From the IMG/VR virus record IMGVR_UViG_2778261276_000009, positions 1 to 18,014 of that record: DNA of 18,014 nt, one strand, 5' to 3'. Under the pieces are notes generated by a model. The model ran no database searches. It saw only the letters and a list, made by a program, of their open reading frames with translations, and was not told the origin of the DNA. Shown in pieces: positions 15,085 to 18,014 of this stretch. The first letter of the stretch is position 1; each line of letters begins with the position of its first letter. The position numbers were made by a program, and so were the translations under genes. The stretch comes from a virus. Taxonomy: Duplodnaviria; Heunggongvirae; Uroviricota; Caudoviricetes.

Positions 15085-15159
15085 GTTTTACGTATTCTGG
15101 TTTACAATCCACAGGCCAGCCTGAACAACTGGCACCTGCTGCGCCAGCAGAGACAACCG

Positions 15160-15438
15160 ATGGCGCACGATACCAAATTACACAATTCTAATGATTCTGC
15201 TGTCTTTGCCAGCAGGTGCGGACGGCGTTTTCACGCATTCAAATCAGACTGGTTCCAGCATCCTCCATGCACTGAAGAGCAGGCTGAATGGATAATTCAG
15301 TGTTACCGCAGGCGTGGATACGAGGTTAAGAAAGCTCTTAGTCTCGACTATCGTCACTGGATAATCTCAGTCAGACTCCCTTACTCCGAACGCCCACCGC
15401 GTCCGTCCCGCACATTCCAGCAACGGATTTGGAGGTAA
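15160..15438 (+). CDS. Hypothetical 92-aa protein, first gene of the nin-like block
   Basis: ORF ends 2 nt before the DUF968 gene start; weak SD; a TACAAT -10-like hexamer at 15103-15108 precedes it. Confidence 0.45.
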   Translation: MAHDTKLHNSNDSAVFASRCGRRFHAFKSDWFQHPPCTEEQAEWIIQCYRRRGYEVKKALSLDYRHWIISVRLPYSERPPRPSRTFQQRIWR

Positions 15439-15439
15439 C

Positions 15440-16498
15440 GTGCGGGTATTACTTCGACCTGTTCTGGTACCGGAACTCGGGCTGGTGGTCCTTAAGCCAG
15501 GTCGTGAATCCATGCAGGTATTTCACAATCCTCGAGTGCTGGTGGAGCCGGAATCGAAAAGCATGTGCGGCCTGCCATCCGGAGTCGTCCCTGCCGTTCG
15601 CCAGCCGCTGGCGGAGGATAAATCATTACTGCCATTTTTCAGCGATGAGCGGGTGATTCGTGCTGCTGGCGGCGCTGGGGCACTGTCTGACTGGCTGTTG
15701 CGTCATGTCAAATCCTGCCAGTGGCCTCATGGTGACTATCATCACAGTGAAATCGTCATACATCGTTACGGTACCGGCGCGATGGTGTTGTGCTGGCACT
15801 GCGACAACCAGCTGCGTGACCAGACATCCGAATCACTCGAGCAACTTGCTCATCAAAATCTGTCAGCATGGATGATTGACGTCATACGCCATGCAATGAA
15901 TGGCACGCAGGAGAGGGAGTTATCGCTGGCTGAATTATCCTGGTGGGCGGTCTGCAATCAAGTGGCGGACGCGCTTCCGGAGGCAGTATTACGTCGTTCT
16001 CTGGGGTTACGTGCGGAAAAAATCCGCGCGGTGTACCGCGAAAGCGACATCGTACCGGGAGAGCAGACCGCCACCAACATACTGAAGCAGCGCACAAAAA
16101 ATCTTGCGCCGTTGCCTCACTCCCACCAGCAACAGAACCCACCACTGGAAAATACGGTGGTATGCATCACCGTTGATCCGGAGTCTCCGGAATCTTTCAT
16201 GAGGCGACCTAAACGTCGCCGTTGGGTAAATGAGAAATATACGCGCTGGGTGAAGACACAGCCGTGTGCGTGTTGTGGTCAACCAGCCGACGATCCCCAT
16301 CACCTGATTGGTCACGGTCAGGGAGGGATGGGAACAAAGGCTGATGATTTGTTTGTTATTCCGCTGTGCCGTAAATGTCATAACGAACTGCACGCCGGGG
16401 TAAAAGATTTTGAAGAAAAACACGGCAGCCAGCTGTTGTTGCTGATTCGTTTTTTAATGCACGCGAGAAATTCGGGTGTCCTGAAGTGGAAAGCATGA
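15440..16498 (+). CDS. DUF968-domain protein (YdfU-like)
   Basis: 352-aa ORF with GTG start after GGAGG; C-terminal Cys/His-rich motif CACCGQPADDPHHLIGHG...CRKCHNELH typical of DUF968 as recalled; directly upstream of rusA. Confidence 0.75.
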   Translation: MRVLLRPVLVPELGLVVLKPGRESMQVFHNPRVLVEPESKSMCGLPSGVVPAVRQPLAEDKSLLPFFSDERVIRAAGGAGALSDWLLRHVKSCQWPHGDYHHSEIVIHRYGTGAMVLCWHCDNQLRDQTSESLEQLAHQNLSAWMIDVIRHAMNGTQERELSLAELSWWAVCNQVADALPEAVLRRSLGLRAEKIRAVYRESDIVPGEQTATNILKQRTKNLAPLPHSHQQQNPPLENTVVCITVDPESPESFMRRPKRRRWVNEKYTRWVKTQPCACCGQPADDPHHLIGHGQGGMGTKADDLFVIPLCRKCHNELHAGVKDFEEKHGSQLLLLIRFLMHARNSGVLKWKA

Positions 16499-16876
16499 AT
16501 GACTGAACGCATAGAATTTGTTTTGCCTTACCCGCCGACGGTGAATACCTACTGGCGACGTCATGGCAATACGTATTTCATCTCGGAGGCCGGAAAGCGT
16601 TATCGCCGTGATGTGGCACTAATTGTTCGCCAGCAGCGACTGAAATTAAACCTGTCCGGAAGGCTGGCAATAAAAATTATTGCAGAGCCACCGGATAAGC
16701 GCCGCCGCGACCTGGACAATATCCTGAAGGCACCACTGGATGCGCTGACGCATGCCGGACTACTTATAGACGACGAGCAGTTTGATGAAATCAATATTGT
16801 GCGCGGACTGCCTGTTCCTGGTGGGCGGTTGGGCGTGAAGATTTACGAAATTACAGGTGATAACGATGGTGCGTGA
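16499..16876 (+). CDS. rusA: Holliday-junction resolvase RusA
   Basis: 125-aa product with RusA-like [10 protein letters not shown] and LDAL...DD motifs; ATG immediately follows the upstream TGA. Confidence 0.85.
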   Translation: MTERIEFVLPYPPTVNTYWRRHGNTYFISEAGKRYRRDVALIVRQQRLKLNLSGRLAIKIIAEPPDKRRRDLDNILKAPLDALTHAGLLIDDEQFDEINIVRGLPVPGGRLGVKIYEITGDNDGA

Positions 16877-17252
16877 TATTCAGCAGGTTATGGAGCGGTG
16901 GGGAGCATGGGCTGCGAACAATCACGAAGATGTGTCATGGGCGTCAATCGCTGCTGGTTTTAAAGGATTAATCCCGCCGAAAGTGAAATCACGCCCTCAG
17001 TGTTCTGATGATGATGCAATGATAATTTGTGGCTGTATGGCCCGGTTGAACAAGAAAAATCAGGATTTGCACGATTTGTTGGTGGATTATTACGTAGGTG
17101 GAATGACTTTTATGGGGTTGGCACGAAAGCATGGGTGTTCGGATACCTGTATTGGCAAGCGCCTGCAGAAAGCGGAAGGGGTTATTGATGGCATGTTGAT
17201 GATGCTTGATATCCGACTGGAGATGGACAGATACGTAGAACGAATCATGTAG
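16866..17252 (+). CDS. Late-gene antiterminator Q-like protein
   Basis: About 128-aa ORF overlapping the rusA end (ATG 16866, AGGTGA SD); Cys-rich central region; immediately followed by a promoter and short terminated leader. Confidence 0.7.
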   Translation: MVRDIQQVMERWGAWAANNHEDVSWASIAAGFKGLIPPKVKSRPQCSDDDAMIICGCMARLNKKNQDLHDLLVDYYVGGMTFMGLARKHGCSDTCIGKRLQKAEGVIDGMLMMLDIRLEMDRYVERIM

Positions 17253-17256
17253 GAGC

Positions 17257-17286
17257 TTGACCAGACACATTGTCCGGGGCTATATT
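17257..17286 (+). promoter_or_regulatory. Candidate late promoter (lambda pR'-like)
   Basis: TTGACC (17257-17262), 18-nt spacer, TATATT (17281-17286), directly after the Q stop. Confidence 0.5.
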
Positions 17287-17346
17287 CCTCACGCGCCAGC
17301 AAAATCTGGCGTCGGGATTGGCGTCCCGGATGAAAAAGGCGACAAC

Positions 17347-17367
17347 AGACGCGCCAGCGTCTTTTTT
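17347..17367 (+). terminator. tR'-like terminator of the short late leader RNA
   Basis: AGACGC-gcca-GCGTCT followed by TTTTTT; two more hairpins (GCCAG...CTGGC, CGGGA...TCCCG) lie between promoter and terminator. Confidence 0.6.
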
Positions 17368-17525
17368 ATTGTCGTTTGCACTGTCGCATCTCAATGGTGG
17401 GCTGTGTGGGGGCGGAGCGATCCGCGCCGGTTCCTTTTTCCCGGTTACGCCAACCCTGCACAGTTCACCACCATACTGATTGGCGTCAGCAGTGGTGATG
17501 ATTCACATAGAAAAAGGATCATCCT

Positions 17526-18014
17526 ATGGCTATTCAAATCTCAGTTGAAACTCTTTCCCCGATCACCCATAACCAAATCCCTGTCATTACTACCGAGCTT
17601 TTGGCACAACTTTATGGCACCGAAACTAATAACATCAAAGTGAACTATACACGCAATGCCGAGCGTTTTGTTTGTGGGAAACACTACTTCAAATTGGAAG
17701 GGGCTGAGTTGCGGGAATTTAAGAACAAGGTTACTCAAAGTAACTTAGTTGCACCGCGTACAAAGCACCTCATCCTCTGGACAGAACGCGGAGCAGCCCG
17801 TCACGCCAAAATGCTGGAAACCGATCAGGCGTGGGAAGTGTTCGAAAAACTGGAAGACTGTTATTTCAGCCAAAAACAACCACCAGCAGCACAAAACACC
17901 CCAACCCAAAATGATGGATGCGCATTACTGATCCACTTCGATAAACACGGTCAGGTCGACTTCACGGAAAAACTACCCGCCGATGCGATGGTATGCACTC
18001 TGGAACGGTTTTAA
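17526..18014 (+). CDS. ORF6N/KilA-N-like domain protein, first gene after the late promoter
   Basis: 162-aa ORF with AAGGA SD; N-terminal region (VITTELLAQLYGTETNNIKVNYTRNAERFVCGKHYFKLEGAELREFK) resembles ORF6N-type domains found in antirepressor/Rha-like proteins; stop TAA is the last codon of the window. Confidence 0.6.
   Translation: MAIQISVETLSPITHNQIPVITTELLAQLYGTETNNIKVNYTRNAERFVCGKHYFKLEGAELREFKNKVTQSNLVAPRTKHLILWTERGAARHAKMLETDQAWEVFEKLEDCYFSQKQPPAAQNTPTQNDGCALLIHFDKHGQVDFTEKLPADAMVCTLERF

Noticed and set aside
14759-15112. 117-aa minus-strand ORF spanning the structured region
   Set aside because: Starts with GTG, has no ATG anywhere in frame and no usable SD, runs straight through the plus-strand terminator hairpin, and has odd composition; the region is treated as non-coding, though a minus-strand transcript ending at the 14739-14760 hairpin remains possible.
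15429-16423. ORFs overlapping the DUF968 gene (15429-15656, 15660-15875, 15900-16176 plus; 15882-16145 and 16007-16423 minus)
   Set aside because: Alternative frames of a well-supported 352-aa gene with Pro/Arg/Gly-rich composition typical of GC-rich out-of-frame translation.
1-18014. CRISPR arrays, tRNA/rRNA genes, insertion sequences
   Set aside because: No spaced direct-repeat array, no tRNA-like 3' CCA context or cloverleaf candidates, and no transposase-like ORF or terminal inverted repeats were seen by eye.

Overview
This window reads as the left arm and early/regulatory core of a lambdoid prophage of the E. coli Qin/Rac type, with a host-side gene at the left edge. Left to right: a host-side membrane-protein gene (1-468) and its terminator; then on the minus strand integrase, excisionase, a large RecE-like exonuclease with a DnaQ-type C-terminal domain, YdfD-like and DicB-like genes, a DicF-like sRNA, and YdfB/YdfA-like small genes; a leftward operator/promoter region; a CI-like repressor (6320-6994, minus) diverging from a Cro/DicC-like gene (7086, plus) across an operator region built on the palindrome GTAAC-N4-GTTAC; a replication/early-right module (7298-9954); an AT-rich cargo block (about 9955-15090) with at least five separately terminated units; then a nin-like block (DUF968 protein, RusA), antiterminator Q, a late promoter with short terminated leader, and an ORF6N-domain gene at the start of the late operon. 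The strongest candidate for an undescribed system is a translationally coupled two-gene operon in the cargo block (72-aa protein plus 263-aa three-helix membrane protein, 12207-13216, minus) with its own promoter and a perfect palindromic operator; neither protein matches a family I recognise. Other points of interest are a repressor whose catalytic serine is replaced by alanine (GDAM instead of G-x-S-M) while the Ala-Gly cleavage site and catalytic lysine are kept, a structured non-coding region with a LexA-box-like palindrome, an XRE/ImmA-type metallopeptidase pair, a complete hok-type type I toxin locus, and a DicF-like sRNA with a divergent 5' region. No CRISPR array, tRNA, rRNA or IS element was seen. 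All family assignments rest on motifs read from the ORF translations and on recall; no database search, GC calculation or RNA folding was run.
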